This document shows positions 31,010 through 43,546 of a DNA stretch of 64,000 nt, piece by piece. Under the pieces are notes generated by a model. That model had not been told where the DNA came from. It made no database searches and saw only the letters and a program-made list of their open reading frames with translations. The DNA lies in NCBI GenBank assembly GCA_044344255.1, contig JBIJDH010000003.1, positions 32,001 to 96,000 of the forward strand, given 5' to 3'. Position 1 is the first letter of the stretch. Every line of letters starts with the position of its first letter. The stretch comes from Myxococcota bacterium (GTDB lineage Bacteria; Myxococcota_A; UBA796; UBA2385). Position numbers and translations under genes: made by a program.

Positions 31010-31969
31010 ATGAAGCTGAAGTTGACACCGGAAGAAGAGCGCTCGCTCGCCGCAGATGTTCGGGCCGCAGAGCAGCGAGCCCGCGACGCCATCGCGGGGA
31101 TTGATGCGGCAGAGCGGATCCTGATGGGGCGGCCGCTGCGCACCGAGCGCACCCGCGCCGCCGCCTTGGAGCGCTTGGAGGCCGCCGTCGCCGCCTGCGA
31201 GGCCGCCGCCAAGACGGACCCTGCCGTACGAAAGGCATGGGAAGAGGCGAAATTTCACCTCCGTGAGGCCGAGACCAAGCTCTGGGAGCTGGCGATGTCC
31301 GGTAAGCGGGTGGCCTTTGGCGAGGCCCGCAAGCTGCAGAGCCCGTTGATGAGCGAGGAGGACTTGGCCCAGGAGGGTGTGATCGGCCTCATGCGGGCCG
31401 CGCGTCGGTTTGATCCCGACCGCGGCATCCGCTTTGCCACCTACGCCCGCTGGTGGGTCCGCGCCCAGATGACCCGTGCCTTGGAGACCACCGGCCGCAC
31501 CGTGCGCGTGCCCGGAGGGGCGGTCGAACAGGCCCGCAACCTGCGCATCGCCGCCGGGCGCTTCGAGCGGGAGGGTGTCCAATACACGATCGAAGACCTC
31601 GCCCGCGAGGTCGGCCTCGACGCCGAGCGGGCCGAGTTCCTGCTCAGCCAGGGCCACGTCGTCTCGATGGACGAGCCGGGCGAGGACGGCGGCACCCTCG
31701 GCGATCGGATCCCCTCCGAGGACGAGGCCGGTCGGCCGGAGGAGCGGGCGATCCAGAAGGACGTCATGGATCGGATCAGCGACGCGATGGGCGGCCTCGA
31801 CCCCCGGGAGCGCTTCGTGATTGAGCACCACTACGGCCTCATCGGCGGGGAGACCCACGGCGACTCCCACACGATGGCCGAGATCGGCAAGTCGATCGGG
31901 CTCAGCCGCGAGCGGGTCCGCCAGATCGAGGCCGCGGCGATCCATCGCCTCCGGGGCATCGTGACCTGA
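31010..31969 (+). CDS. Alternative sigma-70 family factor (RpoD-like regions 2-4, no region 1.1)
   Basis: Motifs DLAQEGVIGLMRAARRFDPDRGIRFATYARWW and LSRERVRQIE. Confidence 0.92.
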   Translation: MKLKLTPEEERSLAADVRAAEQRARDAIAGIDAAERILMGRPLRTERTRAAALERLEAAVAACEAAAKTDPAVRKAWEEAKFHLREAETKLWELAMSGKRVAFGEARKLQSPLMSEEDLAQEGVIGLMRAARRFDPDRGIRFATYARWWVRAQMTRALETTGRTVRVPGGAVEQARNLRIAAGRFEREGVQYTIEDLAREVGLDAERAEFLLSQGHVVSMDEPGEDGGTLGDRIPSEDEAGRPEERAIQKDVMDRISDAMGGLDPRERFVIEHHYGLIGGETHGDSHTMAEIGKSIGLSRERVRQIEAAAIHRLRGIVT

Positions 31970-32015
31970 AGGGGCGTCGGGCGGGATAGGGGGGCTCCCC
32001 CCTCGGAGCCCAGCG

Positions 32016-32942
32016 ATGACGGTATCCACAGAGGCCACAGCACCCACGCGCGGTGGCGGCGTGATCGTCGCGGGGGTGCTCGCCCCGCACCCGCCGCACC
32101 TCGTCTATGCCGAGAACCCGCCGCAGAACGAGCCCCGCGCCGAGTGCGGCTGGGAAGAGCTCCGCTGGGGCTACGAGCGCCTGCGCCGCAGCCTCGCTCG
32201 CCGCGACTACGACGTGATCGTCGTACACTCTCCCCACTGGAAGACCGTCCAGGGCACCCACCTCCTCGGGGTGCCGCGCTTCGACGGCCTGTCGGTCGAT
32301 CCCATCTTCCCGAACCTCTTCCGCTTCCGGTATGGCCTCGACGTCGACGTGCCGCTGGCCGAGGCGATCGCCGCTGAGGGCGCGCGGGCGGGCCTGCAGA
32401 CCACGCTCATGCGGAACCCCGACTTCCGGGTGGACTACGGCACGATCATCGCCTGCCACATGGTCAACCCGGCCTGGGACAAGCCGATCGTAGCGATCTC
32501 ATCGAGCCGCTCCTATTACTCGTTCAGCAACGAGGTGGGTGACGACGAGATGCTCGCGCTCGGGCGGGCCACGGCGCGGGCGGTGGAGGGGCTCGGCCGG
32601 CGCGCGATCCTCCTCGCCAGCAACTCCCTGAGCCACCGTCACTTCACCGAGGAGGCGCAGCTCCCCGAAGATATGAGCAAGGAGCATGTGTACCACCATG
32701 GACAGTACCTTTGGGACATGCACATCCTCGACCTGATGCGAAAGGGACGGATGCAACAGGTGATGGACGAGATGCCCGACTTCATCGAGCAGAGCGTGAG
32801 CGAGTGTAAGGAGGGGAGCCTCTCCTGGCTGGTCGGGGCGCTGGGCGTCCCACGCTATCCGGCCGAGGTCCACGCCTACGGCTCGGTGATTGGGACGGGC
32901 AACGCCATCGTCGAGTGGGACCCCGCGGGAGGTGGCCGATGA
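32016..32942 (+). CDS. amnB: 2-aminophenol 1,6-dioxygenase beta (catalytic) subunit-like, LigB family
   Basis: Motifs APHPPHLVYAENPPQNEPR..GWE.LRW.YER, HSPHW, DPIFPNLFR, DYGT, LSHRH and GSVIGTGNA. Confidence 0.88.
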   Translation: MTVSTEATAPTRGGGVIVAGVLAPHPPHLVYAENPPQNEPRAECGWEELRWGYERLRRSLARRDYDVIVVHSPHWKTVQGTHLLGVPRFDGLSVDPIFPNLFRFRYGLDVDVPLAEAIAAEGARAGLQTTLMRNPDFRVDYGTIIACHMVNPAWDKPIVAISSSRSYYSFSNEVGDDEMLALGRATARAVEGLGRRAILLASNSLSHRHFTEEAQLPEDMSKEHVYHHGQYLWDMHILDLMRKGRMQQVMDEMPDFIEQSVSECKEGSLSWLVGALGVPRYPAEVHAYGSVIGTGNAIVEWDPAGGGR

Positions 32943-34369
32943 GCGTCCCCCTCGGGCTCGTGGTGCCCACGATGCCCCACCCGCTGCTCGTCCCCGACCA
33001 GAACCCGGGCTGGGCCGCCGTCCGCGCCGGCTACGAGGCGGCGCGTCAGCGCATCCTCGAGAGCGACGCGGACCTCCTCGTCCTCTACAGTACAGGGTGG
33101 CCGAGCGTGATCGGTCATCAGATCCAGGCCGATCCCGAGCCCGAGTGGGTGCACGTCGATCAGGACTGGCACATGCTCGGCAGCATCCCGTATCGTTTTC
33201 GTATGGACGCCGAATTCGCCGCCGCTTGGCAGCGCGCCGCCACCCGCCGCGGGCTGCACGCGCGCACGGTGGCCTACCGCGGCTTCCCGATCGACACGGG
33301 CTCGATCGTCGCCTTGAAGCTGCTCAACCCAGACAATCGGCTCCCGGCTACGATCGTGAGCTGCAACATGTACGCCGATCGGGCCGAGACGCTGGTCCTC
33401 GGCAAGTCGGCCCGCGACGCCATCGAGCGCGGCGGGCGCCGCGCGGTGCTGGTCTCCGTGACGGCCCTGTCGAGCTGGACCCACCCCCGGCCGGTCCCCC
33501 CGGCGCGGGACCGCATCTCTTCGCTGCAAGATGACGAGTGGAACCGCAAGCTGCTCGAGCTCTTCGGGGAGGGCCGCCTCGAAGACGTGGCCCAGCTCGC
33601 CCGCACCTTCACCGCGCAGGCCCACGCCGACAGCAAGCTCAAGGGCATCTGGTGGCTGGCGGCGGCGATGGGGCAGCACAACCGCTACCAGGGCGTGGTG
33701 CACGCCTACGCCCCCGTCCAGGGCACCGGCGCGGCCGTGATCTCGCTCACCCCCTCCGATCGGGAGGCCGCCGGGCACGAGTTCGACGAGGAGGACGTCG
33801 AGCGCTTCCACGGCGACCGCGACGTGATGGGCGGCGCCGACCTCGACGACGAGGCGGCCGAGGCCCCGCCTGCCCTCGCCCGCCCGGTCCCTGCTCCGGT
33901 CCCCGCTCCGGTGCCTGTGGCCTCGGTGAAGGCCGGTGCGGCGGTCGGCCCTGCCCTCCACGTAGCGGGGGCGCCCAAGCCCGTCGGCGCCTATCCCCAC
34001 GCCCGGCGGGTGGGCGATCTGCTCTTTCTCTCCGGCGTCGGCCCCCGCGATCCGGCCACGAACGCCGTCCCCGGCGGTCCCGTGCGAGGCCCGGACGGCG
34101 CCCCCTTGCCCTACGACGCCGAGGCCCAGACCCGCGCCACCATCGAGAACGTGAAGCGCATCCTCGAAGGCGCGGGCTCGAGCCTCGACCGAGTGCTCGA
34201 CGTCACGGCCTTCCTCATCGACATGGACCGCGACTTCGCCGCCTACAACAAGGTCTACGCGGAGTACTTCACGGCGGTGGGCGCCACGCGCACGACGCTG
34301 GCGATCTCTGCCCTCCCCACGCCGATCGCGGTGGAGCTCAAGGTGATCGCGGCGGCCGGGCCGGCATGA
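32939..34369 (+). CDS. Fusion of a 2-aminophenol 1,6-dioxygenase alpha-like subunit and a RidA-family (2-aminomuconate deaminase-like) domain
   Basis: N-terminal LigB-fold segment (LVLYSTGW, FPIDTG, GTGAAV), an acidic/Pro-Ala linker, then RidA motifs PVGAYPHA, SGVGPR and TRTT..LPTPIAVELK. ATGA overlap with amnB. Confidence 0.85.
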   Translation: MSVPLGLVVPTMPHPLLVPDQNPGWAAVRAGYEAARQRILESDADLLVLYSTGWPSVIGHQIQADPEPEWVHVDQDWHMLGSIPYRFRMDAEFAAAWQRAATRRGLHARTVAYRGFPIDTGSIVALKLLNPDNRLPATIVSCNMYADRAETLVLGKSARDAIERGGRRAVLVSVTALSSWTHPRPVPPARDRISSLQDDEWNRKLLELFGEGRLEDVAQLARTFTAQAHADSKLKGIWWLAAAMGQHNRYQGVVHAYAPVQGTGAAVISLTPSDREAAGHEFDEEDVERFHGDRDVMGGADLDDEAAEAPPALARPVPAPVPAPVPVASVKAGAAVGPALHVAGAPKPVGAYPHARRVGDLLFLSGVGPRDPATNAVPGGPVRGPDGAPLPYDAEAQTRATIENVKRILEGAGSSLDRVLDVTAFLIDMDRDFAAYNKVYAEYFTAVGATRTTLAISALPTPIAVELKVIAAAGPA

Positions 34370-34998
34370 GCCGCATCTACGACATCACGCCCCCGGTCTC
34401 GCCCCGGATCGCGGTCTGGCCGGGCGACGTCCCCTTCCAACAGGACTTCACCTGCCGGATGGCGGAGGGGGCGCACCTCGAGCTGTCGAGCGTCACCACC
34501 ACGGTCCACGTGGGGGCGCACACCGACGCACCCTCTCATTACCGGCTCGGCGGAGCGGGGATCTCCGAGCGACCGCTCGAGACCTACCTCGGCCCCTGTG
34601 AGGTGATCTGGGTGGACGTCCCGCGGGGGGCCCGCGTCCTGCCGGCGCACCTCCCGGCGGTCGTCCGGGCCCCGCGGGTGCTGCTGCGCACCGGCACCTT
34701 CCCCGATCCCGACCAGTGGAACGAAGACTTCGCCGCCCTCTCCCCGGAGCTCGTCCACGCCCTCGCCGCCCAGGGGGTGCGCCTCGTGGGCATCGACACT
34801 CCGAGCGTCGACCCCATGACCAGCAAGGCGCTCGAGGCCCACAATGCGGTGGCCGATCACGACATGGCCGTGCTGGAAGGCGTGGTCCTCGACGCAGTGC
34901 CGCCCGGGCTCTACACGCTCGTGGCCTTGCCGCTCCGGATCGAAGGCGCAGACGCCTCCCCCGTTCGCGCCGTGCTCGTGGCAGGATGGCCGGCGTGA
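34366..34998 (+). CDS. kynB: Kynurenine formamidase (cyclase family)
   Basis: Motifs VWPGD, HVGAHTDAPSHY, GIDTPSVDP and GADASPVRAVL. ATGA overlap with the upstream gene. Confidence 0.88.
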   Translation: MSRIYDITPPVSPRIAVWPGDVPFQQDFTCRMAEGAHLELSSVTTTVHVGAHTDAPSHYRLGGAGISERPLETYLGPCEVIWVDVPRGARVLPAHLPAVVRAPRVLLRTGTFPDPDQWNEDFAALSPELVHALAAQGVRLVGIDTPSVDPMTSKALEAHNAVADHDMAVLEGVVLDAVPPGLYTLVALPLRIEGADASPVRAVLVAGWPA

Positions 34999-35768
34999 AG
35001 CTCGAGCCCCACCAGAGCAACGCCCGCCTCGTCGACGGAGCCGGCGCCGATGACGCCCCGGTCAGTGTCGGCGCCCTGGTCGAGCTCGGCTACGCAGTGT
35101 GGAACGTCGCCTCGCTGCAGGTGCTCTTTTGTGACCCTTTCATCCCCGGCGCTGACCGCCCCTTGGAGGAGCAGCCCGTCGGGAAGGGTGGCTGGGACGG
35201 CGTCGTCAGCGGCACGTTCCGGCGGCTGGTCCCCGGCCCGCGGGGCGCGGTCCCTGCGGGGACGGTGGTGCGCGACGGGCGCCTCGACGCCCAGGGCGGC
35301 CCCGAGACCGCCGGGCGCGGCGGCGTCGCGGTCCTCGAAGACGGGAGCATCCTCGTCGGCCGCGCCGAGGGCACTGGGCTCCTGGAGCTCGAGGCCCGCT
35401 TCGGCCAGCCGGGGCGGCCCCTCCGCCACTTCCTCGGCGGCGGAGCCCTGCTCATCGAGGAGGACGAGCCCACCGACGAGATCGATCTCCTCGTCCGCCA
35501 GGGCTGGAACGGCCGCGCCGGCGGCTTCCGCGCCCCCCAGATGGTGGCCGATCACCACCTCGTCCTCGGCATCAAGCGGGGGCAGTGTGTGATCGCGCTC
35601 AGCCCGGTCCGCGCCGCCGTGCAGATCCAGGCCGACCTCCTCGCCGCCGAATTTGGCGCCGCCGTGAAGTTCGAGCGAGGCACCGGCCTCTTCTGCTGGG
35701 ACGGCGCGATCCGGTTCCCCGGAAGGAACCCCTCCGGGCTGGCCTTCCGGCTGTACCGGGATGGTTGA
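34995..35768 (+). CDS. Hypothetical protein (weak resemblance to the phosphodiester glycosidase family)
   Basis: GTG start overlapping the kynB stop; motifs GRGGVAV and FLGGGALLIE. Confidence 0.55.
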   Translation: MKLEPHQSNARLVDGAGADDAPVSVGALVELGYAVWNVASLQVLFCDPFIPGADRPLEEQPVGKGGWDGVVSGTFRRLVPGPRGAVPAGTVVRDGRLDAQGGPETAGRGGVAVLEDGSILVGRAEGTGLLELEARFGQPGRPLRHFLGGGALLIEEDEPTDEIDLLVRQGWNGRAGGFRAPQMVADHHLVLGIKRGQCVIALSPVRAAVQIQADLLAAEFGAAVKFERGTGLFCWDGAIRFPGRNPSGLAFRLYRDG

Positions 35769-36321
35769 GGGGGCGAGGGCAGAGGGAGCGGAGGGGGGAG
35801 AGAGCGACGAGGCGCTCTTTGGCCGGTACTGCGGGAGCGGAGACCGCGCCGCCTTTGAGCAGCTCTTCTCGCGGTACAGCGAGCGGCTCTACGGCTTCTT
35901 CATCCGTCAGGTGGGCGACGCCGAGCTCTCCCGCGACCTCGTCCAGCAGACCTTCCTCCAGCTTCACCGCGCCCGGGCTGACTTTCGACAGGGCTGCCTC
36001 GTGCGGCCCTGGCTGTACACCATCGCGGCGAACCTGCGCCGAGAGCACTTCCGGCGGCGGGGGAGGCGGCCCGAGGTCGGCCTCGATCCGGAGCTCCACC
36101 CCGAGCCCTCGGTGGCCCCGGCGGCCACCACGGCGACGCAGCGTGCCGTGCGGCGCGCGCTCGAGCAGCTCGGCGACGATCAGCGCGAGGTCGTGGTCTT
36201 ACACTGGTACGAGGGCCTGTCCTTCCCGGAGATCGGCGAGGTGGTAGGCGCCAGCACCACGGCGGTGAAGGTCCGCGCACACCGCGCCTACAACAAGCTC
36301 CGCGCCCTGCTCGGCGAGTAA
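35761..36321 (+). CDS. ECF sigma-70 factor
   Basis: Motifs SDEAL, AFEQLF, DLVQQTFL, PWLYTIAAN and GLSFPEI...VKVRAHRA. Confidence 0.92.
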   Translation: MVEGARAEGAEGGESDEALFGRYCGSGDRAAFEQLFSRYSERLYGFFIRQVGDAELSRDLVQQTFLQLHRARADFRQGCLVRPWLYTIAANLRREHFRRRGRRPEVGLDPELHPEPSVAPAATTATQRAVRRALEQLGDDQREVVVLHWYEGLSFPEIGEVVGASTTAVKVRAHRAYNKLRALLGE

Positions 36322-36352
36322 CCAACCCCCCATCTGGACCGTACCGGACCCC

Positions 36353-37081
36353 GTGAGCTCCCGCCTGCCATCCACACCCTCCACCCTCGGCGCCCCCGCC
36401 GGGCCGCTGGGCGCCTCGGCGCTCGACGCCGACCGGGCCCATCCGCCGAGGCTCGATCCCGCTGCTTCGGAGCGGATGTTCGCCGGGTTGATGAGCGAGG
36501 TGGCGGCGCCGCTCAGCCTCCGCGCCCGGCTGGCCGAGCGCTCCACGGGGGCGCGGCTGCTCCTCGCTCTCGCGGGGATCGGGGCCACGATGGGCCTCGT
36601 GCTGCTCGTCTTTCCCCCCCGCCTGGACGATCAGGCCCCGGCCGGCCTGCTGCTCGCCGCCTTGTCCTTCGCAGGCGTGGTGGGCGGGCTGGCGCTCGGT
36701 CTGCGAGGGCTCCAGCGGCCGCCGCCCTCCCCAGCCCTTCGCCTCTTCCTGGGAGCCGCGCCCTGGGCGCCGCTCGTCTTCGCCGCCCTGCTTGCCGAGG
36801 CGCCCTCGGCGCCGCCTGCGGAGTGGCTCCTGCGCTCGAGCGGCTGCCTCTCGGTCGGCCTCGGGGTGGGCGCCATCTCCGTGCTGGGCGGCTGGTGGCT
36901 CCAGCGGGAGAAGCCAGGCTCCTTGTGGCGCCTGGGCGCCTTGGCCGCCGTCGCGGGATTTTCGGACTGGGCGCTGCTCTCGATGCACTGCCCGAGCCGA
37001 GAGCTGGCCCACCTGCTCGTCGGGCATGGGCTCGGCGGGCTGGTCGTCGGCGTGGGGCTGCTCGCGCTGCGGCGGCGGTAG
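36353..37081 (+). CDS. Membrane anti-sigma factor (NrsF/DUF1109-like)
   Basis: Directly follows the ECF gene, with multiple TM segments and a MHCP...H...H motif. Confidence 0.7.
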   Translation: MSSRLPSTPSTLGAPAGPLGASALDADRAHPPRLDPAASERMFAGLMSEVAAPLSLRARLAERSTGARLLLALAGIGATMGLVLLVFPPRLDDQAPAGLLLAALSFAGVVGGLALGLRGLQRPPPSPALRLFLGAAPWAPLVFAALLAEAPSAPPAEWLLRSSGCLSVGLGVGAISVLGGWWLQREKPGSLWRLGALAAVAGFSDWALLSMHCPSRELAHLLVGHGLGGLVVGVGLLALRRR

Positions 37082-37084
37082 CGC

Positions 37085-39577
37085 TCAGACGCCCCGCACG
37101 AGGCGCAGGCCCGACGACTCTTTGGGCCCTGCGGCGTCCGACTGGTGGCGGTGCGCGGCCCGAACGTGCACGGCGTTGGAGATCCAGCTCCCGCCTCGCA
37201 GGACGCGCGGGCCCGGGCCGGCGCCGGGGTGGAGCCGGAGGCGGCCGTCCGGGTCACGCGGCGGCCCCAGGGGATCCGGAGCCTCCAAGCACCAGTCTCG
37301 GACGTTGCCGCCCAGGCCTCGCACCCCGTACGGGCTGTGGTCCAGCGGGTAGGCGTGGATCGAGGCCAGCAGGGGCCGACCGGCGTGGCTGTCGCGCATG
37401 CAGCAGAAGGAGGGGTCGAGCTGATCACCCCAGGGAAACACCCGCTCGTCGGCTCCCCGGGCCGCCTTCTCCCACTCCACCTCGGACGGCAGGCGCCAGG
37501 GCAGGGCGTCCCGATCGGCGCGCCAGCGTGCGTAGGCGGAGGCGCCGTACCAGTCCACGAGCACGACGGGCCAGTCTGGCTCCCAGAGGTCGCCCTGGGC
37601 GTCGGGGACGAGGTGAAAGCGCCCGTCCCGGTCTCGACCGTAGATGAGGCCGGGCTCACCCACGCGGCCCACCCGGGGCGCGCAGGCCAGCGCCTCCGCC
37701 TCCCGCCCGTGGGCGACCAGCTCGTCGAGGAAGGCGATGTAGTCGGCGTTCGTGATCGGGTGCACCGCCATCGCGAAGGAGTCGACCCAGTACCGGGTCC
37801 GCGGGAGCGCCGAGGGGGCCCGGTCATCACCGCCCACCCAGGCCCAGCCCTCGGGGACGAGCCGCTCGGCGGCGTCGGCCGCGGCGGCGCGGTCTGCGGC
37901 GAGGTGGGCGACGGGCAGGGGGCGTGGGCCACCTCCGGGTCCGATGGCCTCCTGCGCCTCGCCGCGCGACAGGGCGACCGGGACGAGGAAGGATCGGTCT
38001 TCCCAGTGAAGCTCGGCGGTGTAGGAGCCGGCGGGGAGCTCCTCGTGGAGCGGGGTCTGGCGCGTGGGGAGGGGGGATGAGCGGCGCATGCGGCGCCCGG
38101 CGGGGAGCTCGGGGTGGAGGACGACGGCGGCGCCCGGCGGCTCGGTCGTCAGGGTGAGCATCGCGCGGCCCTCCACCCAGCGGCGCTCGCCCGGCCCGCC
38201 GTGGCGCGCCACCTTGGCCAGGCAGCGGGCTGTCTCGACGAGATCGCGGCGGATCTGCGCCGCTTCGTACCGCGCCCGCCACCGGAGGGTGAGCCGTCGG
38301 TGCGCGGGCGCGCAGGCGTCGTCGTAGGTGAGCGCGGCCTCGAGGCGGAGCTCGGCCTCCGCGTCCTGCGCCGCGGCCTCGCGGCTGAGGGCCTCGGCCT
38401 CGTCGGCGGCGGCCCACGCGGCGGACTTCGCCTCCGTGGCCGCCCAGAGCGGCAGCTCGGCGAGCGCGGCCGCCGCCTGAGCGCGGAGCCCGTCCGCGCG
38501 GGCGGTGAGGGCCGCCGCCGAGGCGAGCTCGGCCTCCGCCCGCTCAAAGAGGGCCAGCGCCTGGTCCTGGCGCTCGGCGGCGTCCAGCCAGCCGGCGAGC
38601 CGCTCGGCGAAGGCCACGCCGTCCTCGGGGCGGTCGATGGGGTCGCGGGACATGGCGCTGGCGCACACGCGCACCAGCTCTTCGGGCGGTGAGGGCGCGC
38701 CGGGCCCGCCCAGGGGGGGTGGCGGGCCTGCGGCGAGCGCCGCCAGGGCCTCCCGCGGGTCGGCCTGAGGGTAGGGAGGGTGGCCGGCGAGCAGCGTGTA
38801 CAGGATGGCGCCGAGGGCCCAGACATCCACCGCGCAGTCGGGCGGCGCCCCGCGGGCCTGCTCGGGGGCCATCCAGGCGGGCGTGCCGGCCACGAGGCGG
38901 TCGTCGGCCGGATCGTCGGCCGGGTCGTCGAGAGAGGCCGCGACGCCCCAGTCGATCACGTCGACCTCACCGAAGTCACCCACGAGCAGGTTGTCCGGCT
39001 TGAGGTCGCGGTGAACGACGCCGCGGGAGTGCGCGTAGCCCACGGCCTCGGCGGCGCGCCGCAGGGCGTCGACGAGGCGGCGCAGCGTCCAGCCGCTCGC
39101 CGTGGCGCTCCAGCCCGAGGGCTTCGCGGCGCGATGCAGGGCGTGGACCACGCGGCCGAAGGAGCGCCCGCCCGCCCGCCGCATGGTGGCGTAGGGCCGG
39201 CCGTCCCCGAGCACGCCGGCGTCGTAGACGGGCACGATGCCGGGGTGCTGGAGAGAGGCGGCGAGGCGCGCCTCGCGGTTGAACAGGGCGCGGAGCTCCG
39301 CGGCGAGGTCGGGCCGCGCGATCTTCATGACGACGGGCCGGCCGAGGAGGCGGTCCTCCACCAGCCACACTTCGCCCATCCCGCCCTGTCCAAGGGGCTC
39401 AAGGCGGGTGTAGCGCGCCTCGGGGGAGGAGAGCGCGCGCCAAGCGGCGGTGTCGCCTTCGGACGTCAGGGTCGTGTCGCCTTCGGGCTCGGCCTCTGGC
39501 TCGGCGCCCGGCTCGGCGCCGAGCGGGGGCGGTCCTGGGGGAGCGGGAGCGAGGTGAGCTCCGAGGGTCGGGCGCAT
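37085..39577 (-). CDS. Ser/Thr kinase fused to an FGE-sulfatase (SUMF1/EgtB-type) domain
   Basis: Kinase motifs LGQGGMG, HRDLKPDN, DWG and GTPAWMAPE. FGE motifs RLPSEVEWEKAARG, GNVRDW and RVLRGGSW. Start set at MRPTLG. Confidence 0.9.
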   Translation of the reverse strand: MRPTLGAHLAPAPPGPPPLGAEPGAEPEAEPEGDTTLTSEGDTAAWRALSSPEARYTRLEPLGQGGMGEVWLVEDRLLGRPVVMKIARPDLAAELRALFNREARLAASLQHPGIVPVYDAGVLGDGRPYATMRRAGGRSFGRVVHALHRAAKPSGWSATASGWTLRRLVDALRRAAEAVGYAHSRGVVHRDLKPDNLLVGDFGEVDVIDWGVAASLDDPADDPADDRLVAGTPAWMAPEQARGAPPDCAVDVWALGAILYTLLAGHPPYPQADPREALAALAAGPPPPLGGPGAPSPPEELVRVCASAMSRDPIDRPEDGVAFAERLAGWLDAAERQDQALALFERAEAELASAAALTARADGLRAQAAAALAELPLWAATEAKSAAWAAADEAEALSREAAAQDAEAELRLEAALTYDDACAPAHRRLTLRWRARYEAAQIRRDLVETARCLAKVARHGGPGERRWVEGRAMLTLTTEPPGAAVVLHPELPAGRRMRRSSPLPTRQTPLHEELPAGSYTAELHWEDRSFLVPVALSRGEAQEAIGPGGGPRPLPVAHLAADRAAAADAAERLVPEGWAWVGGDDRAPSALPRTRYWVDSFAMAVHPITNADYIAFLDELVAHGREAEALACAPRVGRVGEPGLIYGRDRDGRFHLVPDAQGDLWEPDWPVVLVDWYGASAYARWRADRDALPWRLPSEVEWEKAARGADERVFPWGDQLDPSFCCMRDSHAGRPLLASIHAYPLDHSPYGVRGLGGNVRDWCLEAPDPLGPPRDPDGRLRLHPGAGPGPRVLRGGSWISNAVHVRAAHRHQSDAAGPKESSGLRLVRGV

Positions 39578-39717
39578 GGCGGACTCTACCCTGCGGACCG
39601 CGCACAGCCGTGCACCGTCGAGGCCCGTCTGTGCACCGGCGTGCATGGACATGCACGCGGGGGCACAGCCCCCGCCCTCGGCGCGCCGGACGTCGGCTTG
39701 TCTTGCGGAGAGGCCGC

Positions 39718-39733
39718 TGGCATGATGCTTGCT
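39718..39733 (+). promoter_or_regulatory. Sigma-54 (-24/-12) promoter
   Basis: TGGCAT-GATGC-TTGCT, close to the consensus TGGCAC-N5-TTGCW, ending about 26 nt before the ATG at 39760. Confidence 0.75.
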
Positions 39734-39759
39734 CTTCATGCTGGCAACCCGGAGCTCTG

Positions 39760-40247
39760 ATGCGCGTCCTGCTCGGCCTCGCCCTCCTGATGACCGCCCC
39801 CGCCGTCGCCCTGGAGCCCTCCACCTGCGGCTGCGATCCCTCCGACGGCGAGGCCTGCCTCGCCGAGGCCTGGTCCGTGCCCTCCGAGCTCGAGGCCGTG
39901 CTGGACGGCTGCGAGGCCGATCCGAGCGGGATCTGCGCCGACGAGGCAGCCCTCTTCGAGCTCGCCCTCCTCTCGCCACCGGCCTGCCTGCCCACCGACT
40001 ATGCCGCCGTCCTCGCGGCCGCCGGGCCGTCCACGCCCGCTGGCGTCGGGCTCGGGCTCCTGATCCGGATCAAGAAGTCCCTCCCTCTGGGCTACGACGA
40101 CTGCCTGCAGAGGCCCCTCCCGGTGAAGGGATCGTCCCGCTGGCTCGAGTGTTTCGCGGTAGGGCTCGTCGGCGACACCGAGGACGGCGGCGCGCCCGGC
40201 GCTCCGGCGGGCCTGCCGACGGGCGGACCCGAGTGGGTCGGCGGGGA

Positions 40248-40251
<4 letters not shown>
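39760..40251 (+). CDS. Small secreted Cys-rich hypothetical protein
   Basis: Signal peptide MRVLLGLALLMTAPAVA and eight Cys. Confidence 0.7.
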
Positions 40252-43004
<2,753 letters not shown>

Positions 43005-43019
43005 GCGCGGGCTGCGCGG

Positions 43020-43511
43020 TCAGGGGGTGAGCTGGAGCTCGAGCGCCGCGTCGCCTTCCCAGCTCGTGATCTCGAGGGAGAGGCCGCCCTGGGCGGGCAG
43101 CTCCAGCGCCTCGATCCCCGCCCAAGCGCCCACCTCCGCGCCCTCCAGGTCGAAGGCGATCACGTCGACCGGGCCGTCTGTCCACAGCGAGAGCGCACCT
43201 TCTTGCGGCTCGAGCTCGACGTCCACCGGCTCGCCGGGGTGGGCGATCAGCGCCAGCGGCTCGAAGTCACCCAGCGTGTCGAGGCAGGTGTCACCGTAGG
43301 TGATCACGAGACGATTCCCCTCCATTCGGCAGGCGATCTCTGGATGCTTGTCAATGTCCTTGCACACCTGCGTGCAGGTCTTTCCCTTGGTGTCGATCTG
43401 GGCGCAGTCCACCTTGACGGTGATGCCGCTCATGGTGATCACCATCTTCTCGGCGAGGGCGGCGCCGCTGAGGGCGAGGGCGGCGAGGACAGGGAAGAAG
43501 AGCTTGTTCAT
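43020..43511 (-). CDS. Small secreted Cys-containing hypothetical protein (paralog B)
   Basis: Signal peptide MNKLFFPVLAALALSGAALA, GGAG RBS, and a 4-Cys N-terminal motif shared with its neighbour. Confidence 0.8.
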   Translation of the reverse strand: MNKLFFPVLAALALSGAALAEKMVITMSGITVKVDCAQIDTKGKTCTQVCKDIDKHPEIACRMEGNRLVITYGDTCLDTLGDFEPLALIAHPGEPVDVELEPQEGALSLWTDGPVDVIAFDLEGAEVGAWAGIEALELPAQGGLSLEITSWEGDAALELQLTP

Positions 43512-43546
43512 GGGTTCTCCGATCGGATGAGGGGTGGGGGCGTGGA

